A stretch of 42,187 nucleotides of DNA, from the NCBI GenBank assembly GCA_043806395.1, contig JAZDHC010000154.1:1-42187 (forward strand), given 5' to 3'. The DNA comes from Candidatus Desantisbacteria bacterium. Its GTDB lineage: Bacteria; UBA9089; CG2-30-40-21. The notes under the pieces are model-generated. The model was not told where the DNA came from. It was given only the letters and a program-made list of their open reading frames with translations, and searched no databases. The translations under genes were made by a program, and so were the position numbers. Below are positions 7,401 through 16,069 of this stretch, one piece after another (position 1 is the stretch's first letter; every line of letters begins with the position of its first letter).

Positions 7401-10400
7401 GCATAATTTCCAGAGATAGCGATATCATAACAAAAACCATCAATTGCCAGGCTTGAAACAAGAGTAGGCTTGTTGACATTGGATACATCAATCACCATCA
7501 ATCCCTTGGTCCCAGCGGCTGTGTAGGCATAATTGTCCACAACAACTGTATCTCGACAGGAGGAAGCTGTATTGTATTTGCCCGCAAAAACGGGTGAGGC
7601 TGGCTGGCTGATATCCATTATCTGTAGCCCGGCAGTGTCGCAGGACATGTAGGCATAGTTGTTTTTCAGGAATATGCCGTAGGACATGCCATCGGGCTTG
7701 AAACTGGCAATCAGTGTCATTGAACTAACGATTACTGTCCCTGTCCCAACAGCAGTTGCACTCGTTCCAATGGTCCCGTTTCCTGTCTTAACAACAGTTG
7801 CACTTGTCCCAACAACGGTTGTGGAGGTAGTACCTATGGTAATGGTTTTTGTCCCATCAAACACCAGCATCATTGGCTCAGTGGTAAACGACATGACCTT
7901 GCGACCCGTTGACATCATCATGGTCTCTTGATTCTTTGCTGTATTCTGAAGAAACTCCAGCTTGGTATTCTGCCGTTTTCTAAGCGTAAAATATACTGTG
8001 GCAATCGTCCCATTCCCATTGGCACTACCGGTCATCAGTCCGGCGGCATGACTTACAAAGCCGGCAGTATTCTTGATATCAGAGGCAATCTTTGGCAGGA
8101 AGGCATCATCCCCTTTAGTCCGATTAACCGCAAGGACAGTGGGGTCAAAGCCAAGGAAGAAGTCCATGCTGGTTAATGAGGATACACCCTCAACCTTTAT
8201 ATTGACAGGAAATTCTGTATTAACCTTAATTTTATCCATATTTTGGGGCAATTCAAGGAAAAGATGGGCGGATTGGACAGAGACGAGCCCTGTCCCTACG
8301 GCCAACATCGGTGCAAGTTGCACTGTCTGTTGTCCCACTGCCTTGAAATAATTATCCCTTAATATGGCAAAGTCAATTGTATTTACCTTATTATCCCCAT
8401 CAAAATCAGCATTGATATAGCCATTTCTATTCAATGCCCCTGTATCCAACCAGCCAGCATCAGTCTTTGTCTTAAAGTATGCTTCCCGCAGGCGACCAAA
8501 GTCTATGGTATTAACCATAGCGTCACCATCTGCATCACCATTTATCAGGGTCAGGGTGCCAGAGATGGTTACCTGCTGCTGACCAATAACCTCTATACCC
8601 TTCCATATATTTGGTGTGAGACCGGGACCATTTGCACGAATATTTGTTTTGCCCGGTGGAATCCTTTTGAGCAGAAAATAGCCCGCAAGATTGGCAGTTG
8701 TCGTAAGTTTTGTATCTGGTACATCAATATATATTCCAGAATATGATCCAACCCGGGGAATATCAATGGCAACGAATCCGTCCACCCGTCCAAATTCAAC
8801 AATAGATACATTCTTCTGGTCCGTAGCAATAAAGGGAATGTCCCTGGCAACTGAAACAAGTTTTGTCTTTCTGTTTGCATTTTGATTAAAATCAAAGGAC
8901 AATGTAGCATTACCCTTCTTTTTTGCCATAAATATGAACTCGGTAATTGTTCCATTACCCGTGATACTCCCGCTCATTACCCCGGCAGCATAAGAAATGG
9001 CTCCAGTGTCAATCCTTGAGGCTATTTTTTGGATAAAGGCAGTATCCTTAATCCCGATGGATTCAAATAACTCTGGATCAAACGACAGGAATAAATCCAT
9101 GTTTGTCAATCCTACAACCCCCTCTACCCTGATGGTCACGGTAAATGTTTCTCCAACCCCAACCTCACCTGGTGCATCCAACAACAGGGTCGTTTTTACA
9201 CTTGGTGTAAGTGTGGCATAAATATTGGTGGTTTGCTTTGTTTGGACAGAGACAGTACTTGTGAATGGATAATAGTTAACCTTTTGTATGCTCAGGGTAT
9301 GACTGCCGACCATAACATCATTGATGGTCAAGCTGCCTGTGCCAACAAAAATGCCATCAAGGTAAACCTGAGCATCTTTCACATTGGCAGCAACTGAGAT
9401 GAAGCCTGGCGGTGGGACAATGGTTTTGAATGAAAATCGGTAAGCCACTGTCAGCTTATTGCCGGGTAACGAATTATCTCTTGCATCAGTGGAAATGGTG
9501 CAGGCATAGGTGGCATTTTCATTAAATCCATCATTAGTAATGGTCAATTGTGTTTTATCCTCGTTCCACCCAAATACCTTGCCCGAAATATCAGGGGAAA
9601 TGCTGAATGCCTGCTGGACAGCAGTCTGGTTCATGGGCTTGCTGAAGCTGATAATCAGGGGCTTATCCACAGCAATATCCCTTTCTCCATCCTTAATATT
9701 TGCCCCTGTAACTGTGGGCATGATACAATCAATCCGGACATCACCATCACTCATATCATGAGCTGTAGCACTATTTGAATCCGTCACCACAGCCTTTACC
9801 CGCAGGTCAAGGGTATTTGTCCCGGGCACAACCCAGGGGTAAAAAGACAGGGTGCTATCTGTAATAATCGTATTATCAAAGGTTTTGCCTTTATCCATAG
9901 AATAATACAGAGACACCTTATAGGGTGAAACACCACCATTAATATTCCATGTAACATTATTAGATGCTGACCCACTTAAGGTTTCACTCCCATTGGGAAA
10001 TGTAAGGACAACGCTGAGTGTGCCGGGCACAAAATTATAATCCACGGTTACGCTCCCAACAGGAAGCTCTGGAGGCATTGGAATCTCTAATGCTCTCATG
10101 GCATTAGAGCCATCAGTAACGAATGCCAGCCCCTTGTTTATGCTGATATCGTAGCTGTCAGCTATTGGTTTACCACTATTTTCTATATACTTCTGGATGA
10201 GCTTTGGCAGCTTTGGGTTGGAAATATCAATGACTCGCAAGACGAAAACATTGAACAGTGTTGAGTCCTTTTTGTAACTAACCGTATAGGCATAGTTTCC
10301 ACGAACAATGGTTCTATACATTGATTCATCCAACATATCTGCATTGTATTTACCAACAAGTATTGGTGCCTCTGGATTAGAAACATCAATGATTTGAAGC

Positions 10401-11458
10401 CCACCGGCACCATAGGAAAGGTAGGCATAATTTCCAGAGACATAGACAGCACAGGCTTGTGCACCAGCCTTAGCACTTGTCAATTGAACATATCCAGCCT
10501 CTTTTATGTTAGAGGGATCGCTGACATTGAGTATCTTTAATCCAGTAGTAGCATGTGCCAGATAAGCATAATTACCCCGCACATAAACACCATATACTGT
10601 ATTTCGAGTGGCTTGTTCATAGATACCTTTGTCAACAGGCTTTTTTGGATCCGATACATCCACTATCCTTAAGCCAGTAATATGAGCCACGAAGACATAA
10701 TTGCCCAATGGATATATATCATACACTCGGCTTGATATCCCAAAGTTGCCCACCACTGTTGGTGTAGTAGGGCTTCCGACATCAATAATACGAACGCTTG
10801 TTGCCTGAAAGTCACTTTGATAATTGATAAGATAAACGAATTTACCATCCCCGACAAGACCATTTATAGTTCCACTAAGTTCATATTTTCCTACCCTCTT
10901 TGGGGATAAAGGGTTGCTGATATCAAGGCTATACATCCCTTTTGAGCCCTCCCCAAGATAGGCATAATTTCCATTAGTATAAACACCGCAATAGCTTTCA
11001 CCACTGCCAGTATATTTTCCAACAACCGTGACTGTTCCTGTTTTACCTGTGGAAAACTTAAACCTGCCAAGTGCTGGGTCAATGCCTACCTCCCCTGAAT
11101 TTATGGTTATATTTGGCCAGCCAGCCACATCAGACAGGTCAATACCTACTGGTTTTTTCTTGTTCTCTACATTAGTATACTCTGTCGAGCAGACATCTAT
11201 GCCATTATCATATATCCGCATCCCGTCATCAGTATTGAAAAGACTGGGTGCCTCGGTTCGTGAGATGGGCAAGCCATTTCTTCTGGTTAATTGCTTCTCA
11301 GCATTTAATCCGGAAAACTTGAACGAAGCCGGGTTATTGTCTCCGGCATTGCCAGCCGGTTGCTTTCGTATTTCTAAGGCATGGGCAGTGGTGGAGAGGC
11401 AGATAAGGGCGGAGATGATAAGTATTGCCATGGCATGGGGTAGGGATTTATTCAGCAT
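4418..11458 (-). CDS. Giant secreted multidomain surface protein (2346 aa): two LVIVD-repeat propellers, Ig-like domains, PEGA, cohesin-dockerin-cohesin, repeat linker, conserved C-terminal module, T9SS-type (FlgD-Ig-like) CTD
   Basis: - Signal peptide: MLNKSLPHAMAILIISALICLSTTAHA.
- Repeated GLQIIDVSNP / GLRIVDVSDPKKP / GLKILNVSDP motifs (LVIVD).
- PEGA-like VYLDGIFVGTGSL...HTLSIQKVNYYPF.
- Cohesin-like FTVTIRVEGVVGLTNMDLFLSFDP and FPVNIKVEGVSSLTSMDFFLGFDP.
- Dockerin pair DADGDAMVNTIDFGRL / DFDGDNKVNTIDFAIL.
- C-terminus IYPNP...SGVYLYMI...GKLAVIR.
- AAGGAG RBS upstream. Confidence 0.85.
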   Translation of the reverse strand: MLNKSLPHAMAILIISALICLSTTAHALEIRKQPAGNAGDNNPASFKFSGLNAEKQLTRRNGLPISRTEAPSLFNTDDGMRIYDNGIDVCSTEYTNVENKKKPVGIDLSDVAGWPNITINSGEVGIDPALGRFKFSTGKTGTVTVVGKYTGSGESYCGVYTNGNYAYLGEGSKGMYSLDISNPLSPKRVGKYELSGTINGLVGDGKFVYLINYQSDFQATSVRIIDVGSPTTPTVVGNFGISSRVYDIYPLGNYVFVAHITGLRIVDVSDPKKPVDKGIYEQATRNTVYGVYVRGNYAYLAHATTGLKILNVSDPSNIKEAGYVQLTSAKAGAQACAVYVSGNYAYLSYGAGGLQIIDVSNPEAPILVGKYNADMLDESMYRTIVRGNYAYTVSYKKDSTLFNVFVLRVIDISNPKLPKLIQKYIENSGKPIADSYDISINKGLAFVTDGSNAMRALEIPMPPELPVGSVTVDYNFVPGTLSVVLTFPNGSETLSGSASNNVTWNINGGVSPYKVSLYYSMDKGKTFDNTIITDSTLSFYPWVVPGTNTLDLRVKAVVTDSNSATAHDMSDGDVRIDCIMPTVTGANIKDGERDIAVDKPLIISFSKPMNQTAVQQAFSISPDISGKVFGWNEDKTQLTITNDGFNENATYACTISTDARDNSLPGNKLTVAYRFSFKTIVPPPGFISVAANVKDAQVYLDGIFVGTGSLTINDVMVGSHTLSIQKVNYYPFTSTVSVQTKQTTNIYATLTPSVKTTLLLDAPGEVGVGETFTVTIRVEGVVGLTNMDLFLSFDPELFESIGIKDTAFIQKIASRIDTGAISYAAGVMSGSITGNGTITEFIFMAKKKGNATLSFDFNQNANRKTKLVSVARDIPFIATDQKNVSIVEFGRVDGFVAIDIPRVGSYSGIYIDVPDTKLTTTANLAGYFLLKRIPPGKTNIRANGPGLTPNIWKGIEVIGQQQVTISGTLTLINGDADGDAMVNTIDFGRLREAYFKTKTDAGWLDTGALNRNGYINADFDGDNKVNTIDFAILRDNYFKAVGQQTVQLAPMLAVGTGLVSVQSAHLFLELPQNMDKIKVNTEFPVNIKVEGVSSLTSMDFFLGFDPTVLAVNRTKGDDAFLPKIASDIKNTAGFVSHAAGLMTGSANGNGTIATVYFTLRKRQNTKLEFLQNTAKNQETMMMSTGRKVMSFTTEPMMLVFDGTKTITIGTTSTTVVGTSATVVKTGNGTIGTSATAVGTGTVIVSSMTLIASFKPDGMSYGIFLKNNYAYMSCDTAGLQIMDISQPASPVFAGKYNTASSCRDTVVVDNYAYTAAGTKGLMVIDVSNVNKPTLVSSLAIDGFCYDIAISGNYAYVAAGATGLQIVDISKPQTPKKIGKYNTDGISRGVCVRDGYAFVADDGSGLVVIDVSNPYGPKLVGQYDTPGSAYDIWLSGKYAYIADYSGGLQIIDISNPAKPVKTGSYKTNGFAWDVMVRDNVAFVVCEAAGLFVLDVSNPAQPTLLSSYKTGGKAFGVAMQGDYVFVADDYQGLKVLAGVRGNVIPAKAGIQDEPNVIPAKAGIQDESNVIPAKAGIQDNGSATEPNVIPAKAGIQDEPNNNGSATEPNVIPAKAGIQDESNVIPAKAGIQDNGSTTEPNVIPAKAGIQDNGSATEPNVIPAKAGIQDNGSATESNVIPAKAGIQDNGSATSTTVATPMDTDKIQTGGIPKQGTASNGKQTDMGMIIIDDRTNNVDGSDETIVGGIPILPIDDGVISPIEEYGQWLLPITASVGGQLASIQLGADSYGSTDGFDQWNDLPLPPPPSQGNYIQIYLPHPEWGLVFGKFMQDMRQMYGNNQYLFEVQTNMPAGTEITLTMENIVGNTKGYEIMLTDTESGQTWNLSVGTELASVKSRGLVPVRSLAPVVFKSDSDGLRQFSLSVKPPIISQRFSSGWHMVSMPVKSSVFGMMGYDKANYIYEYNRAGYTQVYSKLGLGKGYWLGLLDDATINLDLPEGAISSSSEFTIPLQTGWNMIGCPFDFTPDWSKVAVQKDGVRKGLKEAVASGWVMDVLYGFVDGNYQLANRLEPWQGYWFAALSDCQLIVPNISASSTTTNSLQLSPVVVSLDTWQVGLHITAGGYEDKANYCPRFGISRDSSIGLDMNDRPEPPEPQGKFVSLYFTHPEEDIFDRFDWDMRQVGDGVIAWDAAIRTNLSGDVNISWDKEQLPAGYGLSLKDIETSLSIDMRAGTGCTYHSSAIDGESNIRHFQIIAKADGIAKKSSIPGFADLKIYPNPTTLSHMRFDFSGKATIKIFTLSGELVQTLTDVDGTKATEAKWDLTNSDGQSVASGVYLYMISNTQGKRYGKLAVIR
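6390..6850 (-). repeat. Nine in-frame copies of a palindromic REP-like unit (core ggattcctgccttcgcaggaatgacatt) encoding NVIPAKAGIQD, with or without an NGSATEP spacer
   Basis: Each unit has an 8-bp stem attcctgc/gcaggaat. Unit lengths are all multiples of 3. The track shows four reading frames open across the array (6165..6878, 6311..6955, 6295..6843 and the parent ORF). Confidence 0.9.
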
Positions 11459-11507
11459 TTAGTGTGGTCTCCTTTTGTTTACGATTATTTGTACATTACC
11501 GCATAAT

Positions 11508-11560
11508 GTATCGGAGGGCTTTAGCCCTCCAATAAATGGAAGGCTGAAGCCTTCCGATAC
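11508..11560. repeat. Compound REP family B palindrome between the PorV-like and giant genes
   Basis: gtatcggagggctttagccctcc aataaa tggaaggctgaagccttccgatac: two hairpins enclosed by an outer gtatcgg/ccgatac stem. Confidence 0.85.
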
Positions 11561-11570
11561 ATTTTTCCAA

Positions 11571-13325
11571 CTAATTCATTACTTCCCCATCATCTATTGG
11601 TGCAATATCCATGAATTTGAAATGCGTGCTTGCGGCATTTTTTAATCCATTGTCTGTCCCTTGGTTGATGGTCACCGCTGGTGGTGCAGGAACATTTACG
11701 CTGGTCGTATTCACTTCAGGTGCTAATGGTGGTGCCTTGTTGGGGGTAGCACTATCACCAGAGGATGCCTGTGGTGAACCTGCAACTGTAGTCGTGCCTT
11801 GTTGTTCCTTGCTGGCAGGGGCAGGGGGTGGGGTTTGCTTTGTGTTCATGGGCGTTATTGTATCCACCTTGCTGGTTGCGGTCCCGCTGGCAGGGGTAGC
11901 ACCGTCCCCAGCCTTTGCCTGTGATGAGCCTGTAGGCGTGCCTACAATCGATGCAGTTGTTGCATCATTGTTGACCGTGGACTGCGGACTATTGACTGTC
12001 GTGACTATCGCAGTCGTACCAACAACTGGTGCTGCATTCCCGCTGATTACTGCTGGCGTTGTTGTGGTCGCATCAGTAATAGATGTTGCTGATTTATCCA
12101 CCGCAGTCGCTGTCTCCTCTCCACCATCAAAATCTATCCCATCCGCAGCCTTATCAAAATCAACAATCTTTTTCACCTCCGCAGCTTCTGTTGTGGTTGC
12201 CGTACCCTTTGCTGTCTCTAATGGGACATTAATGCCCGGCAGCACAGGCATCTTTTTCTTATCATCCTTCTTTTTCTTCAAATGCTCCGGGAAGTTTTTC
12301 TCCTCAATAAACATCCCCAGAGCAAACCGTTGTACGGCTATCCATGGAACTAATGGCTCTTTCTTCTTTTCCCCTGTTTCTAATAGCATCATCCTTTGCT
12401 TTGGCTTTGGTGACCCAAACCTTAGTGAGGTTGAGAGGCGATGAGCATTACCGAGAGAGTCATACGGGGCAAAGGCATAATCAAGTAAACACTTATTACC
12501 TGTTATTCCAAATCCAAAACCAAATTTTCCTGTATCTGCTCCCATTCTATACCCTGCCCGAAGCATGGTATTAAGCCCTGCCACCTTTGGCATGGTTCGT
12601 TCAATACCAAGGTTTGTGGTTCGTTGTCCATCATTGGGCATATTCACATCCATACAAATGATAGAATTAGTCAATTGATAGCTTAGCCCAAATCTCATCC
12701 GAAATGGCATTGGGTCATCAACTACGCCCTGCTTTTTATCACTGGCTTTTATGCCAATATTTTGTACAACTGCCCCAACCACCAGATTGTGTATTGGGGT
12801 ATGGCATAATCCGCCAAGGTCAACCACAAGATTGCTGGTATTCTTATTATCAATGCCCTGTTTTACGAATTTTAATCCTGCCCCAATAGCTGCACCTTGT
12901 CCAAACATCCGGCTAACAGCAAGGGACATGGCCATATCATTTGCCTTAAAATCACTGTTCATGTTGCCATTAGTCTTATTATACCTTTTTATCCCATCCA
13001 CCCCAAGCATGGACAATGATACCCCCAATGCCCCTTTATTCTTGTTGGGACGGACGAAAGCAAGGTATTCACTGTTAACATCTTGAAAATAAGAAAGATG
13101 CGTGGCCATAACCTCTGTTTGCGTAAGCTGAGAAAGACCAGCAGGATTCCAATAAATGGCACTAATATCATCTGCTAATGCACAAAATGCCTCTCCCATG
13201 CCTGCGGCACGGGCACCAACACCTATTTTCAGAAATGCTGCCCCAGACTTGCCTGTATCCTTTGCCTCAACCCCACTGACTGATACCATTCCAATAATCA
13301 ACAAAAATATCACTCGTTTTATCAT
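11571..13325 (-). CDS. PorV/PorQ-family-like outer-membrane beta-barrel with a ~280-aa low-complexity C-terminal extension
   Basis: Signal peptide followed by GAAFLKIGVGARAAGMGEAFCALADDISAIYWNPAGL, the hallmark PorV/PorQ N-terminal motif. The barrel ends in an OMP-type beta-signal ...NAHRLSTSLRF at aa 305, after which a T/A/P/K-rich tail continues. I moved the start to ATG 13325 because AAGGAG lies 7 nt upstream; the track start 13331 is a GTG. Confidence 0.6.
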   Translation of the reverse strand: MIKRVIFLLIIGMVSVSGVEAKDTGKSGAAFLKIGVGARAAGMGEAFCALADDISAIYWNPAGLSQLTQTEVMATHLSYFQDVNSEYLAFVRPNKNKGALGVSLSMLGVDGIKRYNKTNGNMNSDFKANDMAMSLAVSRMFGQGAAIGAGLKFVKQGIDNKNTSNLVVDLGGLCHTPIHNLVVGAVVQNIGIKASDKKQGVVDDPMPFRMRFGLSYQLTNSIICMDVNMPNDGQRTTNLGIERTMPKVAGLNTMLRAGYRMGADTGKFGFGFGITGNKCLLDYAFAPYDSLGNAHRLSTSLRFGSPKPKQRMMLLETGEKKKEPLVPWIAVQRFALGMFIEEKNFPEHLKKKKDDKKKMPVLPGINVPLETAKGTATTTEAAEVKKIVDFDKAADGIDFDGGEETATAVDKSATSITDATTTTPAVISGNAAPVVGTTAIVTTVNSPQSTVNNDATTASIVGTPTGSSQAKAGDGATPASGTATSKVDTITPMNTKQTPPPAPASKEQQGTTTVAGSPQASSGDSATPNKAPPLAPEVNTTSVNVPAPPAVTINQGTDNGLKNAASTHFKFMDIAPIDDGEVMN

Positions 13326-13364
13326 TGACACACTCCTTAATATTTATTGCTTTAATTAGGATAA

Positions 13365-13480
13365 CCATAAGGGCAGACACATAGGTCTGCCCCTACTTTT
13401 TCACCATAAGGGCAGACACATAGGTCTGCCCCTACTTTTTCACCATAAGGGCAGACACATAGGTCTGCCCCTACTTTTTC
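13365..13480. repeat. Three tandem 39-bp copies of a REP family A unit (...cataagggcagacacataggtctgcccctactttttcac)
   Basis: gggcagac starts at 13371, 13410 and 13449 (period 39). The third copy supplies the last codons and the stop of the NHL gene (…AVKK*, stop at 13471-13473). Confidence 0.9.
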
Positions 13481-15864
13481 ACCGCTATCTTGCATGTCTC
13501 CACCTTTCCACCGGCAGTAAGCACGCAAAAGTAAACCCCATCCGCTACGATATTGCCATCCTTGCTTCTGCCCTGCCATGGGATGTGATGACCACCCAGT
13601 TTTGGCTCCAAATCATCCCCCTTGCCTTCCCATTCCCAGATAAGTTCACCAGCTAAGTTGTAAACCTCCATAAAAGCACTATCCACCTTGTTTGGCAAAT
13701 TGTAGAAAATAACCGTACCATCCGTTGTTGCAGTAGTACTGCCAATATATACCGTATCTCCATCACACGGATCAAATGGATTTGGATAATTATGCAAATC
13801 TACCTCATGGGAAATCACCGGTGCAAGTGGTACAAGCATAACCTCTTCAACCGTACTCACATTATTTGGCTTTATTGAAACAGCCTTCATGGCATAACCT
13901 GTTTTATAACCATCCTTAAATACCATAACAGAGTATGTACCCATTGGTATTCCATCAAGGCTATACCTGCCTGTGTTATCTGTATAACCAGTACTTGCCA
14001 CTACCCCTGTCTCTTGTTGATTTATTTTCACTTGGGCATTATAAACGGGTATACCCTGATTGGTCACCGTACCTGCAACCCCTCCGGTGGGTACAAAATC
14101 AAAGGGCATAAACCGTTGAATTCGGTGATTGCCGGTGTCTGCAATATAGATATTATTCTTATCATCTATGGCTATTCCCTCTGGAGAAAATATCTGTCCT
14201 TGAGCCATTCCCTCCTGCCATGGATAGATACCAAGCTGATTCCCCAGTCTATCCATGATATGCAGGCACCTATTTACTCTATCTAAGATGTAGAGCCGAT
14301 TTAATGAATCCTTTGCAATGCCGCAGGGATACTGGAATTGTCCATCATCCTCATCAAGTCCTGGCTTACCTATTGTCCTGAGTTGTCCACCTTTCTCATC
14401 AAAAACCCTGATCAAATGCTCAGTATGACAAACCACGAAAACCTCTCTTGAAGTAGCACTTGTTTCTATCACCTCTATATCTAATGGCATATTAAGAACA
14501 GCCCATTTGGTAATCATATTCCCGTTCCGATCCAATACCTGTATTCGATTATTAGAGGTGTCAACTATATAGGCATTCCCGATTGAATCAATGGCTATAT
14601 CCTGCGGGTACTTAAATTTACCCTCCCCTGATCCAAGCTCTCCCCAACTGTCAATAAACACCCCGTTATTATTAAAGCGTTGAATGCGACTATTGTAAGA
14701 ATCCGTAATATAGACCCTATTGTTATTATTTCTATCTATGGCAATCCCGGTTGGGGTATCAAACAGCCCTTTCTCAAGCATGGATGACTTACTGCCCCAC
14801 GCAGTAATAAATTTGCCGTCTTGAGTAAACTTCTGAATCCTATGATTATCTTTATCTACAACGAACATATTGCCATTAGAGTCAAAAGCCATATCTACAG
14901 GTGAATTAAATCTTCCCGTTTCAAAGCTGTTTTTACTTAATAAGCTTATAAAATTTCCTTTATTATCAAACCTCTGTATACAATTATTTTTTCTATCTAC
15001 AGCATAAACTGTTCCTTCTTTATTAACAAACAACCCGGCTATATCCCCAAATTGTCCAGCCCTGAACCCTGTCTTACCACCCCATCCACATTTTTTCTGG
15101 AAATCCAGCCCAAAGCCATAGATATATTCATATTTTCCATTCATATCCTCTTTCTTTGCAGTTAGATAGATGGATTGGTTATTATTGGTTGCAATCCCGG
15201 TCAGTGTCCCAAGACTTTCATCCTTCAGGCATACAGATATCATGGTAAAGGTACCCTCAATATATATCTTCTGGATACGATGATTACCTGTATCAACAAC
15301 ATATAACATGAAGTCAGTAGGGTTATAAACAATATCCAAAGGGGCTAAAAACTGTCCTGAGCCTGTCCCTGTCTCCCCTATCTTGCGAATAGACAATCTC
15401 TTGCCATCAAACTCCCAGATACAGCCTTTATCGCTATCAGTCACATATACTAAGCCATTTCTGCCAATTGTTATCCCGCAAGGCTTGCCAATATCCCCCT
15501 TGCCCCACACACCAAAAACGACACCATCTTTGTTTAATCCCAGAACGCACTTAAGATCAGCATCTATCACAAAGATGTTTCCTTTATTATCCGCAGCCAC
15601 ACCAATGGGTTTAGAAAGCATGTCCAGATCATTTCCATAAAACTCCTTCTCCAGCTCACCCTTTGGATTAAACCTCTGCACACATTTTTTGCCTGTATTT
15701 GCCACAAACATATAGCCATCAGTATTCACAGATACATCTGACGGCTTATCAAAATCATACTTATGATATTCCCCAGGGAATTCGGCAGAAAATACAAGAT
15801 CCTTGGCATAAACACTGCCTGTTATTAAACATAATATCAACCCTAACCATAATATCTTTTTCAC
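13471..15864 (-). CDS. Secreted NHL-repeat beta-propeller protein with a carboxypeptidase-regulatory-like domain and a FlgD-Ig/T9SS-type CTD
   Basis: - Signal peptide: MKKILWLGLILCLITGSVYA.
- Many NHL-type blades (…VYVTDSDKGCIWEF, …VVDTGNHRIQKI, …VVDKDNHRIQKF, …ITDSYNSRIQRF, …IVDTSNNRIQVL, …IADTGNHRIQRF).
- GVAGTVTN...TGRYSLDGIPMGTYSVMVFKDGY.
- C-terminus YPNPFDP...DGVYFCVL...KIAVKK.
- GTG start with GGAGG upstream. Confidence 0.85.
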   Translation of the reverse strand: MKKILWLGLILCLITGSVYAKDLVFSAEFPGEYHKYDFDKPSDVSVNTDGYMFVANTGKKCVQRFNPKGELEKEFYGNDLDMLSKPIGVAADNKGNIFVIDADLKCVLGLNKDGVVFGVWGKGDIGKPCGITIGRNGLVYVTDSDKGCIWEFDGKRLSIRKIGETGTGSGQFLAPLDIVYNPTDFMLYVVDTGNHRIQKIYIEGTFTMISVCLKDESLGTLTGIATNNNQSIYLTAKKEDMNGKYEYIYGFGLDFQKKCGWGGKTGFRAGQFGDIAGLFVNKEGTVYAVDRKNNCIQRFDNKGNFISLLSKNSFETGRFNSPVDMAFDSNGNMFVVDKDNHRIQKFTQDGKFITAWGSKSSMLEKGLFDTPTGIAIDRNNNNRVYITDSYNSRIQRFNNNGVFIDSWGELGSGEGKFKYPQDIAIDSIGNAYIVDTSNNRIQVLDRNGNMITKWAVLNMPLDIEVIETSATSREVFVVCHTEHLIRVFDEKGGQLRTIGKPGLDEDDGQFQYPCGIAKDSLNRLYILDRVNRCLHIMDRLGNQLGIYPWQEGMAQGQIFSPEGIAIDDKNNIYIADTGNHRIQRFMPFDFVPTGGVAGTVTNQGIPVYNAQVKINQQETGVVASTGYTDNTGRYSLDGIPMGTYSVMVFKDGYKTGYAMKAVSIKPNNVSTVEEVMLVPLAPVISHEVDLHNYPNPFDPCDGDTVYIGSTTATTDGTVIFYNLPNKVDSAFMEVYNLAGELIWEWEGKGDDLEPKLGGHHIPWQGRSKDGNIVADGVYFCVLTAGGKVETCKIAVKK

Positions 15865-15893
15865 TTAAAAACCTCCGAATTAATAAAATAAAG

Positions 15894-16061
15894 ATTCACC
15901 GCAGAGACGCAGAGACACAGAGACACAGAGAAGAAGCAGAGAAGAATTAATCCACAGCTAACAAGCAATTTTAATAAAAGAAAAACAACAAACAAAAAAA
16001 TCTTAATCTGTGTAATCTGTGGATAGATTCTTCTCTGCGTCTCTGCGCCTCTGCGGTGAAT
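15894..16061. repeat. Long imperfect inverted repeat (REP family C arms) between the 912-aa gene and the NHL gene
   Basis: attcaccgcagagacgcagagacacagag...atccacag (15894-15957) is the reverse complement of ctgtggat...ctctgcgtctctgcgcctctgcggtgaat (16017-16061). The loop is AT-rich. Confidence 0.85.
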
Positions 16062-16069
16062 TTTCCCCC

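Noticed and set aside
11611-12444. 277-aa plus-strand ORF antisense to the PorV-like tail
   Set aside because: It is low-complexity A/V/G/T-rich sequence mirroring the T/A/P-rich sense strand, so the open frame is compositional. It has no start context.
13365-13480. Three direct 39-bp repeats as a mini-CRISPR
   Set aside because: The units are contiguous with no unique spacers, and they belong to REP family A, which is dispersed throughout the window.
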